Shown here: one piece after another, positions 24,213 to 37,423 of the stretch | How the letters are laid out: every line of letters starts with the position of its first letter | Numbering within the stretch: the first letter of the stretch is position 1 | The notes under the pieces: generated by a model | Database searches by the model: none | Told to the model about the DNA's origin: nothing | Seen by the model: only the letters and a program-made list of their open reading frames with translations | Program-made: the position numbers and the translations under genes | NCBI GenBank assembly: GCA_050084985.1 | Contig: JBITNC010000001.1 | Coordinates: 149,730,001 to 149,794,000, forward strand | Length of the DNA: 64,000 nt | Direction: 5' to 3' | DNA from: Nageia nagi | Taxonomy: Eukaryota > Plantae > Pinophyta

Positions 24213-26147
24213 CTATAATTTAATTAATTCATTATTTTAAGTCTATATTTTATCTTATTATGTTTCTATAAATGCTTATCTCGACAAGTTGCTCATCTCC
24301 TTCTACAAGATATTCATCTTCTTCTACAAGACACTCATCTCCATAAGATTTTTGTGTCCTCTTACAATATGCTCCTTATTTATCTCCAGGATGCCTTTAT
24401 TTAGCGAATACAAATTGTGTTCTTATTTTACTTGATATGGTTCTAGTTCACTATCTCATTTGGTATATATATATATATACACTTGGGTACAATAGGCGAT
24501 TTACTCGGGAAGAATAATTATTTATAAAATCTAGGTGATATGGTAAAAAAATCAAGAGTATAATTGGCTAATTTATAAAAAAAATACTTTGAAGTTGTAA
24601 TATTTTGTCTAGCCAACCAAGAAAAAGAAATACACTTAAAAATATTAGCCTACTTGGGCCCAGGTTGGTGACCAAAATAATAGCAAATTAAAAAATTAAG
24701 AATCTTCAAAAATTGTTATTTTGTGATAAATCACCACTATTCATTTTTCTTATGAAAGTATCATACATTCATAACAAGATCTAATCTTGGAGGGTTTTAA
24801 GATCATTGGTCAATATTTGGGATTTAATTAAACTTTTTACATTATCCTTTAACTTTTCTTCTCCATTGTTTAAGATTTACATATTTGCAGTAGCTAGAAT
24901 CGTATTTAATTTCTCATATATAACTCCATATTTTGAAATGATAGAACTATATTTCACCTCTGCAGTTGGTATCCATCCATGGAAGAAAAAGAATTTATCA
25001 TAAACTTTGAACTATTGTAAGGATTTATCAACTAATTACTTCCTTGCATCTCAAATAACTTTTACATTGGTTTCCTAGAGTTCCTTTGAAGTTGATATCT
25101 TTTTATCCATATCCTTCATTCCTTTCCTAATCATGAGAATCCAAGAGAAAATATCATATATAGTATCAAAAGTAATAAGAAATTGACTAATAAGGGATTG
25201 GGAATTTTTGGAGAAATATTATCCTTTGTAAGAATTCAATTTTACAATATTTTCATATGCATTCAAGACTTCCCAACCTTTCCCTTTTTCCTTTTCTTTC
25301 TTTAATTATTCTTCCAACTCTTTAGCTTTTTGCTTGTGTTTATTTACCAACTTTTTTGGGTGTTTCATAGATGATTTATCTATATATGTTGTACCATATT
25401 TATCTATTCATTTTATTTCTATTGTATTAGTGTGAACCTTCAATACCTTTGCATCCTTTGATCGTCTCAAGTTACTATATACTTTGCTTACAGAAATTTT
25501 TCCATCTTATTCAATATTGGTAAATATCTGAAGGAGTGTTGTTGACCTCACCTATGTAGATGTTTCATAATCATTATTTTTATATCTATCATCATCATTA
25601 CTCCCAATCAAATCTTGTAGGCTTTACAAGTATGCATTTAAGCCTACTCCTTTTAACCAAGTATCATCACTTATTTGTTGAGGAGCTTGTTCTTATTTTG
25701 TAGGGATGAGATATTTCTTCAAAAGCTTGATCATTCTCATCCTAATCATCATCATCAACTGATCCTTCTACTCCTATATTTTGACTCTATGTTTTTAGGA
25801 ATGTTTGAGATTATTCTCAAGGGATTTTGAACTTTTTGAGATGGATTCTTCTAGGATGATGTTGATTCTGAGATGGATGTTGAGTCTTTACCAACATCAT
25901 CCTCAAATTCATCATCATAAATATTCCTTTTTTGCACCACTTGACCTCAATTTACCATATTTGTAGATTTTTGAATCTTATCCCTCGACCCTCTAGGGAA
26001 TAGATTGGATTGAGTAGCAACATGATGCAATAATTTGTACCACCTTTATTTTGAGGGTCCTTAGGATGAAACTTACCCAACTCTACAAGAGAGCCAATAA
26101 CACTATGAGAATGGTGGCTAAAGATTTAATTCATCTTAATGAGGCAT

Positions 26148-29100
26148 GCCCAATGATCATTCCTCTTTAGTAATATGTGACTTCTATCAAACTTGAGCTA
26201 AGGAAAGTTGAATTATATGAAACTAAAGGTACTCATATCTGGGCCACGATTCATTAGCTCAAATATAGAGATAAGATATCTAAAGATTTATTTCAATATA
26301 TTATACCCTCATAAAAAAATTCTCAATTCAAAACCATTGGTGATTCAATCTTGAGATTTACAGAGCCTCGAGAGATTGCTAAAGTTTTTGTTAAACACTA
26401 TCAATATGTCTTTACTACATAAGAATTTTCTTTAGATAGACAAGCTACTCTTGTATATTGTTGGGGAGTGATGCTAGAAAAGCTTTTTACTTCTCAAAGG
26501 GAGGCTTATGGAAACCCTATTTCTCTTGAAGGCTTACTAGAATCCCTTTCTTACATGGATAATGAGAAAGCACCCAGCCTAGATGACTTTCACTATGAGT
26601 TTTATAAGGAGCTCTAGGATATATGGTTAGTACTGTTCTCTTGTGTGTCTACTAGGAGGCCCTAGCCTCAATATTTTTAGGGTATTTGATAAATACAGGA
26701 AACATCAAATTCATTCCTAAGCTCAAAGATCCTAATCTTATCACTAATTAGTGTTTGATCATTATGCTCAATGTGATATATAAAATTATTGTTAAAGCAC
26801 TAGTTTTATATCTTCAACCCTTGCTCCTATTTATTGTCATACCAAACAAAATAGGTTTCATTTGTAACAATTATATTATTTAAAATATAATTGTTGTTTG
26901 GGAAGGTATGGAATTGTCTATAACCTCTCAACAATAGTAACTTTTCATAAAGATCACCTTTGAAAAAGCCTATGATAGAATTGAATAGGATTTCATCCTG
27001 GCCATGCTCAAGCTCTTGGTTTTGGCCCAGGTTTTTAATGTTTGGTTCATATGCTCTTTATCCATGTCTTAGTGGTCATCATGTATGGCATACAAATTTA
27101 AACTATTGACCTTTTTAGGTCTTTAAGACATGGGTATTCACTAGCCCCTTCTTTGTATGTGCTTGTTGTTGAACTTTTTGACTATTTCCTAATCAACAAA
27201 GTTATCCTTTGAGGATAGTTTTAGAAATTTATCTTCCAAGAAACTATGGGAAATTTATAAACAATCACTTTGTTAATTATTCTTTTCTTACTCTTAAGGA
27301 AGATAGCTAATAGTCTCTTAGGCCCTTTCTTATTTGCACACTTTTTCAAATCTTTTAATTCTAGTATTCAATGGATAAAGACTTAATATTTGTATAAATA
27401 GTCTCCAAAGGAGATGTCAAACTATATTGATCAATTTAAATGGTAATGGATTCATCCCAAGGATATGTTTAAGCTTTTGGACATCTCTTTTGCTTTACAA
27501 AATACTCTCTCCCAATTGTGGGACTATGTAATACAAAGAGTTTATAAAAAGCTATCTTATTGGATTACCAAAAAACTCTCACTTGTTGGTAAACTTTAAA
27601 TTTTCTCAAAGGTTCTAGTCTCAATGTATGTTTATTCTTCTTCTTATTGGGTTCCCTCTTTTTCATGTTACAAAAAACTAGAAAATATTCTCAAAGACTT
27701 TCTTTGGGCCAAATCCAAGTAAATAAAAGGCTTTCATAGGGTATCCTAGGAGTTTTGTTTCCTCCATAAGGATTCTACAGGTTTAAGGCTTTTTGATTGC
27801 TAGCACCAGGGGCTAGCCTTGATAATTAAGTGAATTATTAGATCACTTAAAGGCTTTGAAGCATGGAAGGTGTTAATTAAACATTATATCTCCTAAGACC
27901 TACCTTATGGGAGGAAAACTTGGAAAGGCTTGGACTTACCTTCGATTATTATGGTCCCAATCCCTATCAAAATTATGGACTCCTTTTTTGTTAAAAGCAT
28001 ATGGAAGTATTGGAATGCAGTTAATTCATGGCTTCAGTGGAAAGGAAATGACCATCGTAAAGGAGCTTCTATAGATTTCCTTTGTATTTGGTGTTTCCCT
28101 TGGATTTAGTTTCAAAATAAACCTTTGGCAAAAATCTAGTAGATACGTCCTAAGAGGTTTTAAAAAAAGGAGTTTATTATATTTTTAAAATTTTTACTTT
28201 TCTTTCATAGATTGGATTCCTTGGGATGATTTCAAATGGATTCGTGTGTTGAAAACAAAAGATAAAATTACTTATGACATAGTGACTTTCTATACACTAT
28301 TTTCTCTTTTGTCCAAGCTCGAACATCAAGCTAACATCTTTGGTAGTCATAATGGAAATGGTTTAGAAATATTCATTTGATTAATTAGAGAGCTAAGCAT
28401 GGATATTATTATTTCTTGCCTAACTTGCCCATGGTTTGCAATTCAATGAGCGGTGGGACTTATTCTCTTCTAAGACAAAGTGGTGATCTTGGTTTAAGTT
28501 AGTTTGGGAAAAGTATATTAAGCCTAAGCATGATTTTTCATGATCTTCCCCTTGGCCATAGACTTAATAATTTGGGGGTTAGCAATCCCAATTTCCCCTT
28601 CTATAGGGAAGAATAATTGACCATGCATTTGTTCTAGAGTTGCAACAAAGATAAAAAGTCATGGGATTGGATGGAATCCTTTTTTAGGCTATTTTTGCAT
28701 CATTTGCTAACTTGGTTTCATAACCTCTTAGGAGATTATCTTGAGTTTTTCAACCTCTTTTAGAATTCTACTATATTTTTAGAATTAAGATTTTATTCCA
28801 TATTTGTACATCCAAAAAAAAGCCTATTTGTAGAGAAAATCCCTTTTGTAGATTTATCCCTTGTTGATAAGATTATTGTGTTTCATGATACTTAGTTACA
28901 AATCTCAGCTCAAGTTACCAAACTCAACTTGGAGGTCAGCAATTTACAAGAGCTTATCAAACATTGGGATAACACCTTTGCACTATTAGTATAATGTCAC
29001 TTGATTTAGAGAATTGGTACAGATTAAGGTTTAGAAAATGTCATTGCCCTCCTCCTTGGGGGTAGGATTGGATTCCAATTCGTGCAAGAATGTAGTCACT

Positions 29101-29686
29101 CTAAAACCATGATTTGTGGTTGCTAAACCCCAATTTCTCTCATCGCTCTGATGGATAGGGAGCTCACCTAAGCTCACTTTATCAAGTTAATGGTTGGGGA
29201 ACTCATACAAGATCTTAATGCCAGATTGATGGCATTGATTAAGGAGGAAATATTTGGATCTTTAAGTGCTTGTATTGATGAAGGTAGTGATGATGATACT
29301 ACAATGAGCAATGGATAGAATACAATTGATCAAGCTATAGTTAATGAAACCACTACCAGCCAACTTGGCCTATTTTGGCACGAGGTGTATGATAGCCTCT
29401 CAAACACTAGATGAGTTATGATTTCCAAGAATGTATCAAAGCATAATGATGAGGTACAAGATCCTCCTGAAGATAACTCTCCCATATCTTAATGGCTTAA
29501 TTTGATATTTACTCATTTTTTATGGTAGTGGAGTATTAATGGACTTGTGATTCTCACCATTGGTTTTGTTATGATAGTATAATATGTTATTATTATTATT
29601 AATTATTTAGCAATTATTGTTCTTGTGTATGGGGTCTGACATGTTCGTTCACCTCCCTTTTGTATGATTAAGCCTTTATCAAAAAA
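26148..29686 (+). mobile_element. 5'-truncated L1-clade LINE (decayed ORF2 RT, 3' UTR, poly(A))
   Basis: KAPSLDDFHYEFYK, LNVIYKIIVKAL, FEKAYDRIE*DFI, RSLRHGYSLAPSLY; ends TTTATCAAAAAA, followed directly by backbone sequence. Confidence 0.85.
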
Positions 29687-30444
29687 TTGGTAGCATCATA
29701 AATTTTAATTATTACATTTTCACACATTTTAAAACTTTAAAGTCTATCAGATTTTTAAAATGTTTATAATATATTATAGTGATTGTGAACTTAGATATAT
29801 ATTATATATATCATATTTCCTTTCCAAACTAAATCTCTCATCCTTAATAAAAATCTAACAATTTAATGTTTATACTATATTGATCATGATAAATCATACA
29901 AAGATCATAAATAATATTCAAAATATTCCTAAAAATATGCAAAAATAAAAAATGCAAATATAAATGTAAAATAAGATATCAACCCATTTTCTTATGATAC
30001 GAAAAATAGATGACATGAGAAGAAAGTATATCCTTATGCAATTTGCAAAAGAATGAATGAATGAAAGATTTTAATAACATCTACGAGACCCAAACATGAT
30101 CTATGGAAACATCAAACATGGCTAAATTTGTGAATGTCAGTATATTTGAGAAGAATGTTCCTCCTCCTACTGATTTAGATTAGTAACTCACCCAGGTTTT
30201 AGTTTACTCACTTCAAATAGCTCTATCATAGATCCTTTTTGAGTGTTTCCTTATATTTTCCATGAATGTCTAAGAAACTTAGGCACTTATAAATGAAATA
30301 TTCCTTTGTATCTATGGCCCCTGTATTGTATAGAGTACATATCTTTTCTTCCCATTATTGTTTAGGCATAGCCCATCTCCCAGTTTCACATTTGAGCCTA
30401 TGAGAGCTAGTCCTCATTTGAGCAATAAGAATTTTCTCCTGCCA

Positions 30445-31900
30445 TTTTTTTTGGTAAGGGTAAAAAATATTTAAAATGGGTTTTCAAAAAATAGGGCCCC
30501 AAAACCTATATATACAAGATACTAGATATTCAATAGATTTGCATTTGAGACAAAAAGAAACAACACTAACTTTCCCTCATAGCTGAACTAAGAACTATGG
30601 GCTATAGGTTACCATCTTTCTTCATTGGTTCCTGGTCACACCACCCATGCACCGAATGAACAATTGAACTCCAGTAAACTTCAAAGTTTGATCCCTTATT
30701 GTTGAAGTAATCCCAAAGTAGTTCCATCTGCATATTTTTCAATCCTTTTGAGTTTGGAATCGAAATGGTTGTAGGGACTTCTTTCTGGTAAGAGCCCAAT
30801 GTCACCTTCCATCTATCCCCACCAAAACAGTTTCTTACCATTTGATCCCAGCACCTATATATCCCTTTTCCTTGTGATCATATGTTAGGTTAAACTTGGC
30901 AATGTAGTATTCTCTTTTCTTGCTTGCATTTTTCCACATTCCACTTCTAAGCTTTTCATTCATATATTGTTTTATATCTTTATTGAATTTTGGGCATTCA
31001 CTTATGTTGATTTCCCAGCATTTCATCCATTTATGATTTTGCTTCATCCATGTTCTCTTCCACATATGTAATTCTTCATCTCTAACTACTTTAGGCCATC
31101 TATTGTTTTTCATGTTTCTTATTTTTTAAAGTAACAAAATAGTTTGGTCATAGTAGTTGCTTCTAAAGGGAACATTCCAAATTTAGCTAGGATAATTTTA
31201 TAAGGAGTTGTGGCCTTAATTTTGAGAAAATTTATGATTAGATATTTTGAATCCTTTATATTTTCCTCCATTTTGAATTTGTCATGTCGCTTGCTCCCAC
31301 TTTACAGCCATACAACAAAATAGGTGTAACAAGTAGGCCAAATAAGACCTTTATGATCTTCGAATCCCACAATGCAACGATTAATAGTTGAGTGCTTAGG
31401 CTTAAAACATACTTTCCTTTTTTCTCTCTTTACCTTTTCTTGTACTCGTATGCTAATCCTGTGTTATAACATACTCCCAAACAACTTTGCAAGGAGAAGG
31501 TTGATCATTATAGTTCGATAATTTGAGGGATTATTCACATCTCCACTTTTAAATAAAGGAATTGTCAGGCTAGTTTTTCCATTCAACAGGAAAGCCAATT
31601 TGGATTACTTCATTAAAAATTTCTTTGTTTTTCAGTGTCAGAATATCTACCCCCCATTTTATATGTTTTACTTTGAGGTTATCTATGTCATGAGTTTTAC
31701 CATTATATAAGCTTCTTCGTTGGAGACAATGAATGAAGAGAGAGCTACATTCAGATGTCAACCCCTAAAAGCAAGTGAAATCTGCATCAACACCTAATAG
31801 TTTAATAGCACATTAAATTTGGTGGGATAAGCTATCCTTCCTTCAGTAACCCACTAAAGCTTATATGCCATGTAAGACTTTTCCTTCTCAAATATATAGA
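30445..31900 (-). mobile_element. RTE/RTEX-like LINE fragment with the RT core deleted
   Basis: T-run at 30445. Minus-strand GFPVEWKN*..IPLFKSGDVNNPSNYRTIMI..LAKLFGSML, FKPKHSTIN, then a jump to LFGLLVTPILLYGC and the C-terminal ORFs at 30602-31113. Confidence 0.75.
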
Positions 31901-32589
31901 TGAGAACTTTAAATTTCATTTGTATTAATTTGAGATTGTATAAAGTAAAATCTATAATAGTTATATAAGGTATACTTCTTCTTCATTATATAGTACAATA
32001 TATAAAGATTATATTTTAGTATAAGATATTGAATTTATATTATTTTAAAGTATATATAATTATTTATATTGTTCAGAATGAGATCTTTGTGCATGTTAAT
32101 ATTTATTTATATGTTGTATTTATATTTTATAATTATTTTATTAGAATTAAGGATTTTTATTATATATTATTAAAATAATAGATATATTATTTTAATATCA
32201 ATATTTCATATGTTTACTAATAATAGTTTAAAATATTTTTCAACATTTATTTTTCTTAGAGTTTATCTCAAATAAGGTTAGAAGAGGTAAACTATTTAGT
32301 TTGAAGTAAAGCAATCAATTTGAGATATTTCTAAAGCGAAAAATAAAATATTGAAAAGTTCTAATGGTGTGGTCTAATATATTAGTTATAGGTATGAATG
32401 AGTTGTAAACATCATTACAACTAAGTATATTTATTTGTAGTAATTTACTCATTGTAGATCTATTTATTATCACTATTTTATCATTTAATATTATTATTTC
32501 TAATATTTATTATTATATTTAATACATCATCAATTATATTCAATTTATTTTTAATAAAAGTATTCATATATTAACAAATGAAATACTCC

Positions 32590-34326
32590 ACACATGGACC
32601 ATAGATGATGGCAGTTAAGCAAAGGTGGGATCCTCTTGATGATATGGATGTAGGATGTGACACATACTTGGGGGAGAGGGATGAGCTACGAGGGAGTATT
32701 GAGATGGCAAAAAGACTTGCATTAGAATCAAAGAAGACACATGATCTAGGTAACGTGGGATGGACAACTACATTTTTTGAAATGGAGAATCAACTTTGAG
32801 GAATACTTGCTTTGATTACAATGAGTGGAAATGTTTATGATGTTTGTAATTCAAGATGTAGGATAGAGAACCTAGATTTTGTGGATTCGATCAAGGTGAT
32901 GGAGGTTACATGTATACAAGATAATAAATTTATATGTAAGGTATGACATCTCTTCCATGCAAATTCACTGGTGTTGTTGAGCCTATTGAGAGCTTCCAAG
33001 ATGGTGAATATATCTTATTGTATTGATCTTGCAACTCTCTAGGTTGATGAAAGTACTAAGGAAATTTTGATAAAGGTAGAATGGATGCACTTCTTGGAGT
33101 TGTTCCAAAATGTGGATGGAGATCTAACCCTCCATTTGGTGCTATCATGAAAAGAGGATAAAATGGAAGTTGATGGCCTTTTTTTCATAATTAATTCAAA
33201 GCTAGAAAATTGTTTGAAATAATCTCTCCCTTGTTATTGAGTTACAGGTGTTTAAAGGGAAGAATTAGAACTTACAAAATCTATAAGGTATAATCAATAA
33301 GGAATAGTTAGTAGCAAAGTGAAAGAACCTAGCCATAATTGTGATGCAATATATCACCTTGGATAATCAATCTCCTATTCTTCAAAGATTCCATCTAATG
33401 TTATTGAATTTATTTAGGAGAGTAAAGGAGGTGAACATCCCCTTTTATTTATTCCATTCCCTTCAAAAGTCAATTTTGGAGCTCGATGAGGGGAAATCGG
33501 TAGGACCATGCCACCAAGGATTATTATACGCACTATTCAACCATGAAGCTTCAATGAGATCCAAATTGATCCTTCTTTTAGGTTGGATTATGATGACTCA
33601 AATGATGAGTATAGGGAGGATGAAGAAGAGGATTTGAACATTGAATATGTTAAGGATTTCATAATCTCAATGGAGGATAACATCACTTAGGAAGAGGATT
33701 GATGCCTAAAAAAGAAGTTCCCTTAGTGAGAAAGAGTTCCATGCTCAGATCGTCTTGTTGAGCCCAAACTATTATTATAAATGAGGGTAAGAAGAAGGTG
33801 GAGAAGGAATTAGAGGACTCGAACCTAATTCCACCCCTAAGAAGAAACCACATTAGTTTAGGGAGAATATTTTGGATTGAAGGTTTCGAAGTTGGTTCTA
33901 GGTTCACTCCAATGAAGGAACCATATAAGGGAGCAAAGGAATGGACAAATTTTCTCTATGTATGGATCAAGGCAAAAAAAGCTTCTTTGTTCTCTGTTGA
34001 GCAAACACCACACAAGTTGGAGGATCATCTTACGATAGAAAAAGAGGTTTCCCATGGGAGACCAACTCAAAGAAGCACTAAGGGAAGGGAAAGACCATAT
34101 TTTAAGGTTTGGTTTTACATGCATGTAGTTTGTTTATTTTATTATAGTTGCAGACTTAAATAGACGTTCTTTTTTATGTATTCTTTGAATAGGGATAGTT
34201 GCACAACCCTATTAGCTCCATTTTGGATATGCTCTATTTTGTTTATGGGAACAATGAAAATATGTTGATGATGTAAAAGGTTATGGGTCCTACCAAAACC
34301 CTTATTTCTATTATTTATCAAAAAAA
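32590..34326 (+). mobile_element. Second poly(A)-tailed single-ORF retro-cassette of the same ORF family
   Basis: WMHFLELFQNVD..EVDGLFFII; MQYITLDNQ...FHLMLLNLFR...VNIPFYLFHSL...CHQGLL (33341-33637). LINE-like 3' end GGGTCCTACCAAAACCC...TTATCAAAAAAA. Rough TSD ATATTAACAAATGAAATACTC / ATATTTAAATATGAAACTC. Confidence 0.65.
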
Positions 34327-34699
34327 TATTTAAATATGAAACTCATTTTGGGACTAAGGGAAGTTTGAAATTTATGGGAAAATAATTTCACCATTTGTAA
34401 ATATTCATAATTAGTTATAAATTAGGTAAAAGGCACATATTAATAAAACGAAGATAAAATCGAATTATATAAATAATTGTTTGATATTCTTCTTGTATAT
34501 TTTAAATAATTTGATATTGATAATATCCCTAAAATGAATGATAAGTATATAGATGTCATGGCTAGTTGATATAAAAATAAGAATGTGTTAATGTTTCACT
34601 TGTTCTATTGAAATAGGTAGAAAATGACTATTGCAAAAATGTAAGGATAGATTCTATTAGCAAAATAGAAAAATTATAAAAAATGCAAACATCCTAACA

Positions 34700-36480
34700 T
34701 TTTAAAATAGATTTGACACCAACATAAAATACACAACAATTAGACAATATCATCCTTTGTGCATTTTTAGCTTTATTTTATCATACTTTTAGTTTTGAAT
34801 TCACTTAATGCATGATTATTTTTAATCCCTAACATCTAATTTCATGAGCTTATTAATAGGTTGGAGAACCATCATTTTCTATAGTATAACTCTTACTAGT
34901 CTTATCAAGGCATCAACACTAGTAGAAGCTAGATTATCAACATAAGCAATATCATTTTCATATTTACTATTTGGAGATGTAGATCCTTACTTTAAGGATT
35001 GTAGATATATCTTAAAGAGGAAATAATATAGTAAGAAAAGATTAATTTTTTGACATAATAATTTTCATCCATCTTTATCTTTGTTTTTAGACATTGTATC
35101 ATGCTTCACATGGGGCACTATCCTAAAGTGATTTATCTTTTGTTTTTTTTTACATAATACTTCATAGAGATGCTTGATAGAACTTATCCTTCTTTTGTAT
35201 GCTTGATAGAACTTATCCTTCTTTTGTACCTTGCTATACAAAGACATGATCACATGTGTTTTTCTCATTCCATGCTTTGCATGTTATATTGTCCATAGCA
35301 TAATATAACATATTTAATTTTAAATACTTAAACTTATGAGTAAGAAAATTTAACATCTAATACATGTAAAATTATATAAAATAAACCTCATTTATCATTT
35401 GAAAATAACTATTTTTTTAAAAAGATATCCATATATTAAAGAAGCTTTATAGAAAAATCTTTTCATTCGCATGATGGAAAAGTCCTATCATATCTCTTAG
35501 TAGTATATTGAAAATCCACTCTTAACATTGTGGTACCATTGACTTTACACATACTCAATATTGATCTGGTTTATTTGTATACTATCTCTTACTTCTCATG
35601 ATTACTTACTAAATCTTATGAAAGTCAAAACCTTAACAATGCATTATTGAAACAATACATTATATTTCGATATCAACTATTGAGCCTATGAGATAAAAAT
35701 AAAAACTAAAGCAATGCCGGTGTCTAATTTCATGCTGTACCCCATTTCATTATAAATATTTACAGCAGATATCAAAGACAATAGAGAGAGCTCTATTCAA
35801 ACGTTAACCGACCCAGATAGCGGCTGAACTTTGGCTGAAGTTGACCCAACAAAGCAGATTTGCCATACAACTTACAACGCTTCATTCACATTCCAAATCT
35901 CAAATTTTTCATGTTTGCAAAGTCAGAATTGTATAATATAAATATCCTTCATTCAAATCAAATGTCATTATTACATAAAACGCACTATGAGCAACTGTAA
36001 TCATTTGGTAGTAAAGCAAATATCATTATCACTATCCCTATCGACCGACAAGAGTGGCCGTCAAATTCATCGCATGCTTTTCGTAAAGTAATTCAATTTC
36101 ACACCTGTATCGTATCATCATAAATACAAATTAAATATGTAAAGTTTGTATGTAAGCGAAATATTGGAATATTTCGAATTAATTGTCTTAGTGTTTAAAA
36201 TAAATTTTTTTAATGTGTTATTAAATATATCGTATTTGTATTAATTTGAGTTTGTATACAAGAAATCTTTAGAAATTATGTAAGATATGCGTCTCTTCGC
36301 TATTTTATTTTTAAAAAATTAATAAAAGTAAAGTAGTGGATCATTTTATAAAATGCAAATCAATCTATAAATTTATTGATAAATAACAACAAATCTAAAA
36401 TAAAAAGTGTGAAATGAAAATAACAAATTGGAAAGTCAAACCAACAGTTATAAATTTATTTCATTCAAAAGGAATTTTCA
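34700..36480. repeat. Backbone copy C
   Basis: Uninterrupted paralogue of 1-376 + 3232-5140. Confidence 0.85.
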
Positions 36481-36735
36481 TTCAGATACTCATGCTTGAA
36501 TAATGAGGACATTAAACATTGGAAGAGCCTATCCTCCCGTCAACTTCGCTTATATACGTCCAAGGTATATGTATAGCCCCGCCACTGCCCGTTGTACAAT
36601 CCACCACCATCCCGTCGCTTGTCTATATACGCCCAAAATTTATGAGGATATACACCCAAGATATATTGTGATATACATCCATGGTATATTGTTCAGAATA
36701 TAGAAAATTTAAAACTTTTCAGCATGTTGTTTTCG

Positions 36736-36805
36736 ACTCAATGGTATACTGGCTAACTCGTTGCACCCAAAAATGGTGACTCATGTTCGAATCTTGCCCA
36801 AGCCT
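36736..36805 (+). pseudogene. tRNA-like Pol III head, copy 1
   Basis: A-box TGGTATACTGG and B-box GTTCGAATC at tRNA-like spacing; acceptor and anticodon stems do not pair. Confidence 0.5.
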
Positions 36806-37066
36806 TTTGTATCAACACTTGGAAATTTTTTGTTCCATATTTTTGCATATTTTGAAACTGATATACGCCCATAGTATATGCATTAAATTAATAAACACCT
36901 AGAATTTATGCATTCAATTGACATACGTTCATATTTTGAACCTAACATACATCCATAGTATATGCATTAAATTGATATATGCCCAGAGTTTATCCATTAA
37001 GTTGATATACATCCATGGTATATTATTCGAAATATACAAAATTTAAAACTTTCACTACATGTTACT

Positions 37067-37138
37067 GACTCAATGGTATAGTGGTTAATGCATTGCACCA
37101 AAAAAATGGTGACTTGTGTTTGAATCTCGCCTTGGACT
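37067..37138 (+). pseudogene. tRNA-like Pol III head, copy 2
   Basis: A-box TGGTATAGTGG, pairing D-stem GTAT/ATGC, B-box GTTTGAATC. Confidence 0.5.
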
Positions 37139-37423
37139 TTTGCATCAACACTTAGAAATTTTTGGATCCATTTTTTTGCATGTTTTTAATATTATATACG
37201 CCCCAAATTTATGCATTAAATTGATATATGCCTAGAATTTATGCATTCAAGTGATATATGCCCAACATATATGTATTTAATTGATATACACCCAGAATAT
37301 ATCTATCGCCATCATCACATCACCACTTCGCCAGCTCAACTTCATTGCTTCGCTTCGCTTGTAGATATACTATGGGCATATATAAAAGAATTTGGCCAAA
37401 GGATAGGCTCTTCCTTAAAAATT

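Larger units (their letters stand above)
20687..24776 (-). mobile_element. Probable solo LTR containing a Pack-CACTA and a foldback array
   Basis: TGTTAT...ATAACA termini, flanks ATATCT/AGATCT, minus-strand TATA-like CTTATAAAAGG at about 22747-22757. Confidence 0.45.
20500..26147 (-). pseudogene. Decayed TE-associated ORF remnant (acidic, coiled-coil-like), split by a solo LTR
   Basis: Purine-rich, coding-like minus strand at 24777-26147 that appears to rejoin 20500-20686 once the LTR is removed. No diagnostic motif recognised. Confidence 0.3.
36521..37414. mobile_element. Non-autonomous Mutator-like element (MULE)
   Basis: TIR GGAAGAGCCTATCC / GGATAGGCTCTTCC (14 bp perfect, degenerate inward), 9-bp TSD TTAAACATT/TTAAAAATT, ~30-bp internal repeats and a ~330-bp internal duplication. 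Confidence 0.85.

Noticed and set aside
36736-37138. Functional tRNA genes
   Set aside because: Acceptor, anticodon and T stems pair poorly; only the promoter boxes remain.
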